IMG/VR virus record: IMGVR_UViG_3300033153_003717
Span: 1 to 51,392 of that record
DNA: 51,392 nt
DNA from: a virus
Lineage: Duplodnaviria > Caudoviricetes
Strand: one strand, 5' to 3'
Shown: piece by piece, positions 8,888-19,616 of the stretch
How the letters are laid out: every line of letters begins with the position of its first letter
Position numbering within the stretch: position 1 is the first letter of the stretch
Translations under genes and position numbers: made by a program
Notes under the pieces: model-generated
What the model saw: only the letters and a program-made list of their open reading frames with translations
Told to the model about the DNA's origin: nothing
Database searches by the model: none

Positions 8888-10242
8888 CATTTCATATTTT
8901 TATTTAATGTTTCTGTAACATTAAGCATATCTTGATAATTTTTACCGAAATATACTTTTGTAGGAAAAATATCTAATATCTGTTTAATTCCAATAATACA
9001 TTCTTGTCCATCATCCGATGAATAATCAAACAAAAAACTGTCATATGTGTATAAAATCAATTTGGTTTTAAAATTTTGAAGATATTTTTGTAGTCTGTCA
9101 ATAAAAACCATATTCGTTTCCGTTTCCATCAATTGTATAAAATAATTCAGAACTTTCGTTGGATTTGGATTTTCGATATGTTCTAATCTAATTTTTCTAC
9201 CTGTTAATGGAGATTCATAAAATTTGTCTTTTCGCATTTTATTCCACATCATATATGTAAATTTCTGAACTTCATCAAAATAAGGAATTGAATTTTTAAT
9301 GTGAGTGGGAATTCCACCATACAAATATTTGAAATTTAGTTTTTTCGCTTCTTCATATTCGTCTGAAGTAAGTGTTTTTTTACCAAAATAATACTGACCT
9401 AAATATGTGTGAATATCATCTATTTCAAATTTGAAATCCATTAATTTTGCTATAAGACTTAAATGAAATGAACTGAAATCAAATAATATAAAATTATCAT
9501 ATCTGGGAATGAATGCTCTACGTACTCCATCCTTCTTTTCTATAGCAGCAAAATTAATGTTGCCATATCTATTAGATGGTCTGCCAGTAGCAGTAAAGAA
9601 GTTATATTCAGAATAAATGTAATTGTCAGGAGAAATGTGAGGAGAAATACTATCACCGTAATGAGATTTAAATTTAATAGGATCAATCAGAATACCAGTA
9701 CGCTCTAACTGGCTAATTGTGTACAGGGTCGACCGATAGTAGAGTAACGCTTCCGGAGAATTAAAGTTCCCTAAAATATAAGATATTTTTTCAGCATTAA
9801 TTTGATGCAATTCTATATGCTTTGCAGCAGGAATTATATTGTTCACATCAGGTGCCGAACTATACTTTCTTTGATACAGAAGATGTATCGGTGTGTCCAG
9901 AATCCACTCTGGTGTGTTATTTTTTGATAGGTAGTAAAACATATTAATATCAATTATAGACATATTATCGAGAATACTAAGTAACCGTTTTTGGTCAATA
10001 GTCCAAATTTCGCTAGGTTTTAGCTCTTGAAGCCGTTCAATTGGAATGTGAAATAAATCAGGATGCGATATACCAATCACAAAATCAGTATAATCATCAA
10101 GATTTCTGATGAATAATAATGAAGGTTTATTTCTAACATAATGAATTTTATGATTTACAAATGTAGGCAAAATAACTATATTTTTATTTGCTACAGAAGA
10201 GATAAGCTGGTTATAGTCGTCTAAACTATCTATATATTTCAT
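8887..10242 (-). CDS. Divergent family A DNA polymerase-like protein
   Basis: TATGRPS, motif A FDFSSFH, motif B AKKLNFKYLYG, NYFIQ, motif C YTYDSFLFD. Confidence 0.8.
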   Translation of the reverse strand: MKYIDSLDDYNQLISSVANKNIVILPTFVNHKIHYVRNKPSLLFIRNLDDYTDFVIGISHPDLFHIPIERLQELKPSEIWTIDQKRLLSILDNMSIIDINMFYYLSKNNTPEWILDTPIHLLYQRKYSSAPDVNNIIPAAKHIELHQINAEKISYILGNFNSPEALLYYRSTLYTISQLERTGILIDPIKFKSHYGDSISPHISPDNYIYSEYNFFTATGRPSNRYGNINFAAIEKKDGVRRAFIPRYDNFILFDFSSFHLSLIAKLMDFKFEIDDIHTYLGQYYFGKKTLTSDEYEEAKKLNFKYLYGGIPTHIKNSIPYFDEVQKFTYMMWNKMRKDKFYESPLTGRKIRLEHIENPNPTKVLNYFIQLMETETNMVFIDRLQKYLQNFKTKLILYTYDSFLFDYSSDDGQECIIGIKQILDIFPTKVYFGKNYQDMLNVTETLNKNMK

Positions 10243-10270
10243 TTAATAACCTTTAAGTAAATTAAAACCT

Positions 10271-10651
10271 TTATGATTCTTTCCAGAACTGTAATCTATT
10301 ACTTACTCTTTTACTAATGCCGGGTAAAATAAGTTCCTTTGTTTCCAATGTTTTTGTGTTTCCCATTATCACATCATTTCGTTTGCCAATAAGTTTCCAC
10401 CTTAATGAAACACTGGCAAAAAATGAATATCCAGTTATAATATTATCCGATGAAAATTTTTTATATTCTGATTCATCAACCTCAAGTATTGTACTATGTT
10501 TATTCGTTTTTAGTTTCATAAAATATCGAATAATATATCCGCGATGATAATCTTCTACTGTTGGGTGAGGGAAATAACCAGTTGGATATTTTTTGATAAA
10601 TTTTCCTGTACCTTGTGGAGCTACTTTTTTATATTCATCTATTATGTTCAT
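10271..10651 (-). CDS. Hypothetical protein, tail/baseplate operon
   Basis: Overlaps the stop of the preceding baseplate gene by 4 nt. Confidence 0.65.
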   Translation of the reverse strand: MNIIDEYKKVAPQGTGKFIKKYPTGYFPHPTVEDYHRGYIIRYFMKLKTNKHSTILEVDESEYKKFSSDNIITGYSFFASVSLRWKLIGKRNDVIMGNTKTLETKELILPGISKRVSNRLQFWKES

Positions 10652-12795
10652 GTTATCACTTCGCCTTCTTCTTTTCTATCACTTGGATTGTAATATACTA
10701 CACTCTTTGTATCAGTTCTCATATATCTAAAAAAACTTCTAAATGTCGTCGTCCAATCATCAGCCGACACATCATGACTCACTTCAACAATCTGAAATAT
10801 TCCAGAATCTTTATATAATTTAGGAACATTATCTAAAGTAAAACAATTTCCAGGTAATACTCCACTCACTCCATCAATCGTTACAGATATTTCAAGAGGA
10901 TATATTGGATTGTGTCGAACTCTATTTTCTATTACTTTTCCATTCTTTCCCGCTTCCAAATTCCTATTAAGATATTCAATAAGTAAACCTTTCCCTTTTT
11001 TATCTAATATAATGATATTTGCAGGCCAGCCCGATTTACTATTTTTAGGCGCTCTACCATTTGCCAATGCTTCTCGTAATTCCAAAAAGCTAACAGAGAA
11101 ATTTTCTCGCTTTTCCTTCTCTTCATTCTCTTTTTCAGCTCGTTTTTTCAAATCATCTTCTGATGGAGGTGGAGATGGAGGTGGGCAAAGTTCTCGTAAA
11201 ATCCTATCTTCATGACCTCCAAACATAGGTTTGACACCAGCATCATTATCATCATTTACAACTATACCAGGACAATTTGTATTTGATTTATTTCTACCTA
11301 CAAAATATTTCAATGCTAATTGATCTGTAAGTTTAGAAGTGAACGACACAGTTGATAATATACTTTCTCCACTATAACCACCAAATGAAAGTATTCTATC
11401 AGCAGATGAAGATTTTGCATTAAATGCTTTATCAACATTAACTATATCATCTTCAGAAATAAAATTCAAATCAATAACTTGTAATATACTTTCTTTCATT
11501 GGATTTGGTTGAATCTTAAAATTCCATATGTCACCACAAGCATTACTTATTCCTCTTAATAATTTCATAAGAGCTTCTTCCAATGATTCAGCATTCAAAA
11601 ATGTATCTTTAACAAATTCAGAATTAAAATATAAATTTGTCAAGTTTCCCGATTTTGTAGAAGTATTATTTTTGTCAAATCTAAGTGCTCCAGGTGATGC
11701 TCCATGAACAACTAATCCAATGTCAGCATCTGTAGAAAATAAAAATTTGTCATTTGATACTTCAACATGAGTACTATCTATTTGAAATGCTGTTCCTTTA
11801 CCAGCTTCTCCATTAAATTCCCAAGCAGCATGTGCATTAACTATTTGTTGTTCAATGAATCTCCACGAAACAAATACAACGTCAGATGCTAACCAATCAA
11901 ATCCTCCTATATTTTTAGCTGCATTAAATACATCTTTTGAACTTCTCCATGTGCCTATACCATTTGGTTTAGGTAAATCTAAAAGATCGCCTTCACTAAA
12001 TTTATCTTCTATAAATCCTTTAATTGTTTGAGACCGCACAATTTTTTGTCCTTCTTTCGTCGAAGCACTTGGTTGAACTTTATCTTTATTTAAGTCAAGA
12101 GAAAGTAACGTCTGACCCATAGATGTTAATTCCGTTGTACATGTCCAGCTACCATCTTCGTTTTGATTAAATGTAAAATTGGTAATTAAACCAATATAAG
12201 CATCTTGGTTTCCTTTTGAATTTATAATAATATCATCATATATTTTACCAGCATCTAAATAATAATCTTTCAATTTAGTCACATCATTTACTGGTGTAGT
12301 AACAGGACGTTTGCCTGTTTGACCCCAACCCCATTCTAACCAAACTGAAACTCCAGGAGTAAGCCAATATGGAGCAAGCACATCTAAATCCTCTATATTT
12401 GGGCATGTCCAATTTATAGTTACTTTTCGTAATGATTGTAATTCACCTTTGCTTGATACACTAATAGAATCAATTCCAGGAATTGGCTTGTCTTGCATTT
12501 GTCGACCGGAACGTCTGTAAAGAGTTTCAAATGAACCACGAGTATAAAAACTTTTACTTAATAATCCACCTACCATAACATTTAGATTTCCAACCAATGA
12601 TGTTTGTTGAGGTCCTATAAAAGAATAATCTATTTGAACAGCATTAGAAATAGCCCTCACCCATACAGCTCGAGGAACAGCACGTTTACCAAATGAATTC
12701 TTTTTTCTCCTAATGAGTTCTTTACCTACAAAATCATGTTTTGTCAGTGGTACAATACGAGGAAATGTTTTGTATTTATCTTTTGATGAAGGCAT
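10648..12795 (-). CDS. Putative baseplate hub / tail protein
   Basis: Position after the LysM-like gene; VWLEWGW and a C-terminal FQIVEVSHDVS..DWTT hub-like ending. Confidence 0.6.
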   Translation of the reverse strand: MPSSKDKYKTFPRIVPLTKHDFVGKELIRRKKNSFGKRAVPRAVWVRAISNAVQIDYSFIGPQQTSLVGNLNVMVGGLLSKSFYTRGSFETLYRRSGRQMQDKPIPGIDSISVSSKGELQSLRKVTINWTCPNIEDLDVLAPYWLTPGVSVWLEWGWGQTGKRPVTTPVNDVTKLKDYYLDAGKIYDDIIINSKGNQDAYIGLITNFTFNQNEDGSWTCTTELTSMGQTLLSLDLNKDKVQPSASTKEGQKIVRSQTIKGFIEDKFSEGDLLDLPKPNGIGTWRSSKDVFNAAKNIGGFDWLASDVVFVSWRFIEQQIVNAHAAWEFNGEAGKGTAFQIDSTHVEVSNDKFLFSTDADIGLVVHGASPGALRFDKNNTSTKSGNLTNLYFNSEFVKDTFLNAESLEEALMKLLRGISNACGDIWNFKIQPNPMKESILQVIDLNFISEDDIVNVDKAFNAKSSSADRILSFGGYSGESILSTVSFTSKLTDQLALKYFVGRNKSNTNCPGIVVNDDNDAGVKPMFGGHEDRILRELCPPPSPPPSEDDLKKRAEKENEEKEKRENFSVSFLELREALANGRAPKNSKSGWPANIIILDKKGKGLLIEYLNRNLEAGKNGKVIENRVRHNPIYPLEISVTIDGVSGVLPGNCFTLDNVPKLYKDSGIFQIVEVSHDVSADDWTTTFRSFFRYMRTDTKSVVYYNPSDRKEEGEVIT

Positions 12796-12798
12796 AAC

Positions 12799-13107
12799 TT
12801 ATCTTCTCCTGTTAATAGATTCCATTTCAGAATATACATCCTCTATATTTTGTGGTATTCGTAAATTCGTTCCAGGTTTTATATTTAACGACCCTTTGCC
12901 TATATTATTAGCCTGTGCAATTATCCACCATAGCGTAACATCACCATAATATATATTTGCTAATAAATCCAGTCTGTCGCCTATATTAGATACAACAAAA
13001 ATATCACTGTCATCTGGTTCAATTTTAGGATATATTGTCGTCTGATATTTACGATGCTTATTATCTTTATCTATTGTCTGTGTCGTGTATTGGTATCGAG
13101 TTGTCAT
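12799..13107 (-). CDS. LysM-like baseplate protein (gp53 / tail X-like)
   Basis: GDRLDLLANIYYGDVTLWWIIAQANNI...PGTNLRIP. Confidence 0.8.
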   Translation of the reverse strand: MTTRYQYTTQTIDKDNKHRKYQTTIYPKIEPDDSDIFVVSNIGDRLDLLANIYYGDVTLWWIIAQANNIGKGSLNIKPGTNLRIPQNIEDVYSEMESINRRR

Positions 13108-13116
13108 TTATTCTCC

Positions 13117-15165
13117 TTAAATTGTCGACTCTTGCCATTTCTTTATGGCACTATAAAACGGCGAAGTTGCACTCATTGGACGATGATCAAGGCTAAAAGG
13201 AGTAAAACTACCAATTGTTACTCGTATCAATCTTGGTAATTTATCTATTTTAATCTTATCCGGATCTTCGTCTCTAATTTCCCATGTCATATCATCATCA
13301 TATGTTACGGTTACTCCACCATCCAGTATTCCACTCACATTATTAAACAATCCACCAATTGTTAATTTTACAAATGGTGCTTCCATATATTTTCCATAAC
13401 CCTTTGATAAATTACGATATGTAGGATAACATAAACCCATTAAATAATTTAATTTTTCATACACAGGCTTCAGTTCTTTTGGATTATGAACCATCAACGA
13501 AAAACTAAAATTAACCTTCCTTGTCGCTCCCTTGTAAATATATAATTTGTCCGCACGACCTATATAAGCCTTTTCATTCCATTCAGGAGTCACACTGTCA
13601 GTTATGCCATTTAAGTTCGCTCTAAACACAATCCACTTTCGTTCATTTACATGATAAAATTTGAATGGTATTAAATCTTGAGCACCTCCAATTGGTTTTT
13701 CGTCTCCATAATCCAATAAATTAAAAGTGTCGCCTTGTCGATCAGCATCTGTTTTATCTCCAGAATTTGCAAATCCTCTCCCCGCTTGACTTAAAATCAT
13801 TCGAGCATCTGTATCTTTCATATATTTTGAATACGCTTTTGGTTCATCAATTAAACCATCTATATTTAATGTGCCTTTTTTACTACCTTTTGAAATTATG
13901 TCACCATACGTTTGTAAATATGAATTTAAATTATCTGAACCATCCTGTGGATTTTTCGTTAATCTCTTATCAATTAATGATGCTTGAGCATGGTCATCAA
14001 ATCCCGGAAGCGCTGCTTTATTAGCGAATGTTATACCACTTTGGGCTTTTTCTCCACCAACAGTTGTTCCTTGAATAAGAGCATATAAAATTCTTTCTAA
14101 TGGGCTTTTATTATCTTGTTGTAAATCATATACTTCCAGTTCTTCTCCATCATTATTAACGACTCTAATTTGTTTTCCTTTTTTCGTAGAATACGGATAT
14201 GATACATTATATCTGTTGTAAACTTTAATCGTAGTTGCTTCAGCACCTAAAATACCATAACCAAATATAGCCATAACAGTATTAACAAATGGAATTTTCT
14301 TTAATAAATCTTGTAAATAACTTGTTCCAGTTAATTGAGTATTCATTGTGACTTGAGCATCTAATACTGGAGTGTATCCCGTTCCTAATGTATATCTCCA
14401 ACCCTTTTCGGCTAATGCCATATTTATATTCATTTGATCAAATGGAGACGTTCTATTTGATAACGGAAGTCCACCACCATCAGCACCTATTGGAAAACTA
14501 TATCTATTCGGATCAAGTGCTTTCCATGTCTTTGCCATTGACATATTATAAGCACCAGCTTGAGCAAATAAAATACCTGGAAATTCAGACCCTTTAGTAT
14601 CATGAATTGGCGATTGATAATATATTCTACTCTTTATATCACCAGAATATAATGCTTCAGTGTAATTCGCTGGTGCAGCACCATCTATAACTGATAAGCC
14701 GGGAATACCAAATAAATTTGATGCATCCATATGTCGGCGTTCATGATAACCAGTAAAAGGAATAAGATTACTTAATATAGAATTTGGTTTCCATATTTTA
14801 GTTTCAATTGTTGGATTCATTATTTGTAATATACCCTGATTTAATCCAAACTTCAATCCTTCAGGACTTACTAACCATTTAGCAGTAGCACCAGCTCGTG
14901 TTAATGTATAATTTAATTTATTTGAATACTGGTCGGCTGATTCGTTAGGTTTAATCGTTATCAATGGTTGAGCCGATGATCCTAAATATGTTGATTGTAA
15001 AAGAGGAGCATTTTCATAATATAACCCAACTAATGATTTGATTTTATCAGTATCAGTTAACGGAGGATCACTTAATGGTGTAGCCACAGGAGTAGGAAAT
15101 CCTGCTGGTTCAACTGTTTTTAGTTTCTTAAATATGTCTCGTGAATACAAATCTATTAATGCCAC
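13117..15165 (-). CDS. Putative baseplate / tail-tube initiator protein
   Basis: C-terminal FRANLNGITDSVTPEW...YIGRAD..YIY.GATRKVNFSF...APFVKLTIG domain; directly after tape measure. Confidence 0.6.
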   Translation of the reverse strand: MALIDLYSRDIFKKLKTVEPAGFPTPVATPLSDPPLTDTDKIKSLVGLYYENAPLLQSTYLGSSAQPLITIKPNESADQYSNKLNYTLTRAGATAKWLVSPEGLKFGLNQGILQIMNPTIETKIWKPNSILSNLIPFTGYHERRHMDASNLFGIPGLSVIDGAAPANYTEALYSGDIKSRIYYQSPIHDTKGSEFPGILFAQAGAYNMSMAKTWKALDPNRYSFPIGADGGGLPLSNRTSPFDQMNINMALAEKGWRYTLGTGYTPVLDAQVTMNTQLTGTSYLQDLLKKIPFVNTVMAIFGYGILGAEATTIKVYNRYNVSYPYSTKKGKQIRVVNNDGEELEVYDLQQDNKSPLERILYALIQGTTVGGEKAQSGITFANKAALPGFDDHAQASLIDKRLTKNPQDGSDNLNSYLQTYGDIISKGSKKGTLNIDGLIDEPKAYSKYMKDTDARMILSQAGRGFANSGDKTDADRQGDTFNLLDYGDEKPIGGAQDLIPFKFYHVNERKWIVFRANLNGITDSVTPEWNEKAYIGRADKLYIYKGATRKVNFSFSLMVHNPKELKPVYEKLNYLMGLCYPTYRNLSKGYGKYMEAPFVKLTIGGLFNNVSGILDGGVTVTYDDDMTWEIRDEDPDKIKIDKLPRLIRVTIGSFTPFSLDHRPMSATSPFYSAIKKWQESTI

Positions 15166-15179
15166 TTAATTTCTCCAAA

Positions 15180-18071
15180 TTATTTTCTTGCTTCTTTAGC
15201 CAAAAATTCTCCGATTTTCGCTCCATTCAATTTCAAATCCACACCATCATTAAACTTATCCATAAATTTACCTATAACAGTAACCACATCATCCAACGAT
15301 GTTTTTTCTTCCGTCGGAACAATTTCTGTTGGTTGAACAACTCCAGCTGACACAGCACCAATACCAGCCATTGCAACTTGAGCACCAATTGGCTCAGGTG
15401 TAAATGTGGGTGAAACAGTACCTCCTGTAATACGACCCATTGAATCAGCTACATTACCTAACGGTTCAGCCATTTCAGCAATGTTTTGTAATTGACTTAA
15501 CATTCCACCACCAACTAACGCTGTTAATAAACCGCCACCAGCAGCTACAACATTAGCAAGAGCAAATGTAGTCATTGCACCTGATAAAGCCAATATCGCT
15601 CCAGCAGCTAATAAAATTCCAGGTGCTATAGCAGCAAGAGAACCCATATCCATAACAAATCCACTAAATGATGCCGATATTGTATTGATAACATTTGATA
15701 TTGCTTGTCCTGTCGTTAAAATTAAATCTCCAATACCCTTAAATAACATCTTAAAAAATGGTATCGCTATATTGGCGGCTACAGCAAACTGTTGCATCGC
15801 TTTTCCAAGAACCCACATTCCACCAGCCATGATTGCCATAGCAGCAGCACCAGCAATAATAGCAACTGTTCCAACACCACTTGACATAATCATTCCAATC
15901 GCTATTATAGCAGCTGTAAGAACACCTAATGAAGTTGCACCCATTAATACACCTTCCCAACTAACACCAGTCGAAAATTGTTGCATTGCCTTAGCCAAAA
16001 TCCATACAGCCCCAGCCACCATAATCATAGCAGCTCCACCAGCTAACATTTTTTGAGGAGTCATATTTTTACCCATTAAAGACTCCATAATTCCGCCTTT
16101 ACGACTTTTCATTTTATTCATATTTTTACCAACATCTTTTGTTTTATTCGATACGCTTTCAACAGCAGCACTAGCACCTTTCGCTTGTTTCGTAAATCCA
16201 CCAAAAAATGTTTTTATTTTACTTCCTAATCCACCAGTAGCAACACCCGCAACACCCATTTGTTTTGTAAATAACTTACCAAACCCACCTATCTTCGTTT
16301 GTAAACCGCCCATTAATGCTTTTGATGTAATTACTGGATGTACTAACGCTTTCCACATATTTTGTGCAAGTTTGGTCTTTGCTAAAAAAATAATCATAGT
16401 TAATCCACCAATGACCATTGTAATACCTTTTACCCAGGGATTCTGCATGGCATCAGCAATTTGATTTATTGTCCAAGCAATACCAGTAAGTACAGTTCCT
16501 AACACAACAAGTAATGGCATTAACACATTACCAGCAATTATCGCTATACTTTTAAATGACCGTGTAATTTCTTGTAGAGGCCCAGCTAATCCTGCTGCAT
16601 CTAATACATCTGATAATTTGTTTCCAGCCATAATAGCAGCAAATGGCTCCATTGCTCCACTTGAAACTTTTTCAAGATCAGATGCCCTTGACACCATTTG
16701 ACCTAATTCGGCTACACCGACACCAATAGCATCAGCAAGAGCCTTTCGTTCAATTATATTCATTTGATTGAATTCAGATTCAGTACCTACTTGTTTCAAC
16801 ATTTCTCGTTGCATACCAGCTAAATCACCTTCAATAGCCAAAGCACGTGCTCTATCAAGATTGATTGACCGACCAGTAAGAACCATTGCATTCATCTGTC
16901 CTTCAATTGAACTTTCGAAATCAAGTAATTTTTCAGCCATTCCAGCAACTGTTCCCATATTCGTTCCAAGTTTTCTTGCCTGAACAGCAGCTTCAGCAAT
17001 GTTTTCACCGCCAGCCTTAGAGAATTTTGCTACAGCTTCTGTGTTCTGAGCAATATCTTGTAATACAGCTTTCGGAGCAACCTTCGCTTGTTTAGCCAAC
17101 TGTGTAGTTCCAGCAATAAATGCAGTAGCAGTTTCTTCACTTGCACCTAACATATCCATTGAAGATTTTAATAAAGCCGCTGATTCATCAGCACTTAATC
17201 CAAGTGCCTTTGACATCGTTAATACATTTCCCACCGTGTCTTTTGACACTCTATCCATTGACCCAAATTGATCTGCAATGGCTGCTGAAGCCTGAAAAGC
17301 TTCGTCAGCAGTAACACCAAACTTAGCCATTTCGGCTGTAAGATTGGCAGCATTGTCTCGTATTTCTTTGGTATCTTTAACTGCTAAACCTGTCGTTTCC
17401 CTAAATCCTTGAGCGGCATCTTCAATTTGTTTGAAATAATTTATTCCTAATAATAATAAACCTCCAAGTATAAACCAGGGATTAAGAATAAATCCTTGAA
17501 TGGTATCACCCACGCCTTTAACTTTACTTTTCATATCTTCAAGAGGTTGTAATTGTTCTTTAGCAGCAGAAGTAACTTTTTCATGATGTTCTTTCAAATC
17601 CTGAGTTACTTTAAGATTCTCTTCTTGCTCCTGTACTATTCGTTGTAAATCATTTATATGATCATCTGTGAGTGATTTTATATTATTTAATTCATCTACT
17701 AATTTTTCACTTTTATCTATTTGATCACCATATAATTGAGATTCCACTCCAACCGTTTCTTTTATTTCATCATGTAATTCTTGAACTTTTGAAACAGTCG
17801 ATGTATATTCATCATGTAACGTTTGAGTAATACCAAGACTCTTTTCTTGGTCATTTATCATTTGATTTAATTTTTTTACACGATCATCACCAATTGATTT
17901 TATCTTAGTAGCATATGATACCATCTTTTTACTTTTATCTATTTGTTCACTGAATAATTTAGACTCATCTCCTGCAACTGTCTTTATTTTTTCATGAAGT
18001 TCATAAACCTTTGAAGTCAGGGATTGTAATTCTTTAATTTGTTTTAGTTGATCTTGAGTACTGTCAGCCAT
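15180..18071 (-). CDS. Tail tape measure protein
   Basis: 963 aa, coiled-coil N-terminus, Ala/Gly-rich helical and hydrophobic segments, downstream of the tail chaperones. Confidence 0.85.
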   Translation of the reverse strand: MADSTQDQLKQIKELQSLTSKVYELHEKIKTVAGDESKLFSEQIDKSKKMVSYATKIKSIGDDRVKKLNQMINDQEKSLGITQTLHDEYTSTVSKVQELHDEIKETVGVESQLYGDQIDKSEKLVDELNNIKSLTDDHINDLQRIVQEQEENLKVTQDLKEHHEKVTSAAKEQLQPLEDMKSKVKGVGDTIQGFILNPWFILGGLLLLGINYFKQIEDAAQGFRETTGLAVKDTKEIRDNAANLTAEMAKFGVTADEAFQASAAIADQFGSMDRVSKDTVGNVLTMSKALGLSADESAALLKSSMDMLGASEETATAFIAGTTQLAKQAKVAPKAVLQDIAQNTEAVAKFSKAGGENIAEAAVQARKLGTNMGTVAGMAEKLLDFESSIEGQMNAMVLTGRSINLDRARALAIEGDLAGMQREMLKQVGTESEFNQMNIIERKALADAIGVGVAELGQMVSRASDLEKVSSGAMEPFAAIMAGNKLSDVLDAAGLAGPLQEITRSFKSIAIIAGNVLMPLLVVLGTVLTGIAWTINQIADAMQNPWVKGITMVIGGLTMIIFLAKTKLAQNMWKALVHPVITSKALMGGLQTKIGGFGKLFTKQMGVAGVATGGLGSKIKTFFGGFTKQAKGASAAVESVSNKTKDVGKNMNKMKSRKGGIMESLMGKNMTPQKMLAGGAAMIMVAGAVWILAKAMQQFSTGVSWEGVLMGATSLGVLTAAIIAIGMIMSSGVGTVAIIAGAAAMAIMAGGMWVLGKAMQQFAVAANIAIPFFKMLFKGIGDLILTTGQAISNVINTISASFSGFVMDMGSLAAIAPGILLAAGAILALSGAMTTFALANVVAAGGGLLTALVGGGMLSQLQNIAEMAEPLGNVADSMGRITGGTVSPTFTPEPIGAQVAMAGIGAVSAGVVQPTEIVPTEEKTSLDDVVTVIGKFMDKFNDGVDLKLNGAKIGEFLAKEARK

Positions 18072-18268
18072 TATTTTGTTTCACCATATTTTTTATTCAA
18101 ATAAGTTTCTAATTCATCATGACTTTTACGCCAATCATCAACACGCCTATCAAGTTCTGGATCTTTCATTTTCTTAGTTATTTGTGCTGTTTTTCGTTTT
18201 TTGATAGCATCAAATATCTTATCAATAAATTTATCTATTACACTTTCATTTACTAATTTTCTTGCCAT
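18071..18268 (-). CDS. Small hypothetical protein (leader MARKLVNE)
   Basis: GGAG SD, 1-nt overlap with the tape measure start, late motif upstream. Confidence 0.65.
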   Translation of the reverse strand: MARKLVNESVIDKFIDKIFDAIKKRKTAQITKKMKDPELDRRVDDWRKSHDELETYLNKKYGETK

Positions 18269-18301
18269 TGCTAATCTCCCACTTAGATATTTCTTTATAC
18301 T

Positions 18302-18310
18302 TATAAATAT
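18302..18310 (-). promoter_or_regulatory. Candidate late promoter ATATTTATA
   Basis: Recurrent motif, located just after a terminator. Confidence 0.55.
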
Positions 18311-18318
18311 ATTAAAAC

Positions 18319-18352
18319 AAAAAAGTCCTAAAAATTTTCATCTTCAGGACTT
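18319..18352 (-). terminator. Probable intrinsic terminator
   Basis: AAGTCCT...AGGACTT inverted repeat with a U tract on the minus strand. Confidence 0.5.
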
Positions 18353-18365
18353 CTTATTAATCGGT

Positions 18366-18626
18366 TTACTTTTTGCTCTGAACATCAGAATAACGTTCAG
18401 GTGTTGGAGGTGGAGTCTGAGAATTTCCACTACCTTGATTAGATTCAATGGCTACTCTCTCGTCATCCTTCGCTTGCTTTAATAATCGTAAGAAAAACTT
18501 TCGTTTGATGACAGGTAATCCATATACATCACGAAATTGAAATCCACCATTGCTAAAATAACAAAGATTGAAAATTTCTTCGTGAAATACTCGATTATAC
18601 CCTTCCGGAAGGCCAAAAAAACCCAA
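18366..18626 (-). CDS. Tail assembly chaperone, frameshifted C-terminal part (G-T type)
   Basis: Overlaps the upstream gene across GGGTTTTTTT; only a TTG start; lies upstream of tape measure. Confidence 0.65.
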   Translation of the reverse strand: MGFFGLPEGYNRVFHEEIFNLCYFSNGGFQFRDVYGLPVIKRKFFLRLLKQAKDDERVAIESNQGSGNSQTPPPTPERYSDVQSKK

Positions 18627-19416
18627 TCCCTAAAGGGATGTCCACCGTATCCTCAAAACCACATTCTTCACATGTAAAGAAAAATGACGATTCTACATCT
18701 GGTGCAATTCTCTGTATTTCTTTTCTTAATGCTAATGAATCTGCGCTACGCATGGTTTCTACAAATTTATTTATGATAGCACGACCTTCTTCTCCATCAA
18801 CTGATATAATAGAATGTTTTAATCTTGTCGACATTTCTGATTCAACATGCATCTTTTTCTTCAATGCCTTCAATTCTACTTCAATTTTCTTTTCGTCAGC
18901 ATGTGATAAAAGTTGAAATTTTATATCAACATTCGATGTTGGCAATGTAAAATCAAACGCTTCTTGACCCTCTGTAAACTCATCAAACGGTATGTCCTTT
19001 GCTAATAAACCATCTAAACTAATAGGATATTGTTTGTGTAATTCATTACATGAAGGACATTTAACGTCAGCCTCATAATCAGCACCATATGCTAATATTC
19101 GAGCGGCAAACATAATTCCATTTTTGTCACCAAGTAATAAAGTATTGTAATCAATGCTGGTATCAATAATGCTTTGTAAAAACTTGTCTACCACAAGCCC
19201 TTTGTTTATTAAATTCTTTGAAGTAAGAATATCTTCCTCTCGTGCTGTTGGATATTTTAATTCAATAGAACCTTTTGACAATAGATTATCACTTGAATAA
19301 AAATAGCCCTTTGAAGGTAATGTAAAAACTTCAGTTGGATAATCCTTCTCTTTTCCTTGTGTAAATTCTTCTCTTGCTTGAGTGGCAATATCCTTGTTAC
19401 TTTTTTCGTTTCCCAT
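18595..19416 (-). CDS. Tail/baseplate assembly chaperone with two CxxC motifs
   Basis: LPSKGYFY, TAREEDIL, ARILAYG, CPSC, CEEC, terminal FFWP. Confidence 0.75.
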   Translation of the reverse strand: MGNEKSNKDIATQAREEFTQGKEKDYPTEVFTLPSKGYFYSSDNLLSKGSIELKYPTAREEDILTSKNLINKGLVVDKFLQSIIDTSIDYNTLLLGDKNGIMFAARILAYGADYEADVKCPSCNELHKQYPISLDGLLAKDIPFDEFTEGQEAFDFTLPTSNVDIKFQLLSHADEKKIEVELKALKKKMHVESEMSTRLKHSIISVDGEEGRAIINKFVETMRSADSLALRKEIQRIAPDVESSFFFTCEECGFEDTVDIPLGIGFFWPSGRV

Positions 19417-19419
19417 ATA

Positions 19420-19599
19420 TTACTCCTTGTTTGTTCTTTTATTATAATCTATAATTGTGATCCCATTTAATGAACCATTTAATTCATGTCTGATACAAAG
19501 TCCTGAGTCATGGTCTTCAGTTTTACATGGTTTTGATTCACCAAAAGAAATGTACATAACATCGGATTCTTCATCATAATTAAATGTTGGTTCTTTCAC
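19420..19599 (-). CDS. DUF2283-like small protein (59 aa)
   Basis: Read by hand: GTG start with AGGAGG SD; MKEPTFNYDEESDVMYISFG...GLCIRHELNGSLNGITIIDY fits the YDxExDxLYI...GIxI pattern. Confidence 0.65.
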   Translation of the reverse strand: MKEPTFNYDEESDVMYISFGESKPCKTEDHDSGLCIRHELNGSLNGITIIDYNKRTNKE

Positions 19600-19616
19600 T
19601 ATAACCTCCTTATATA

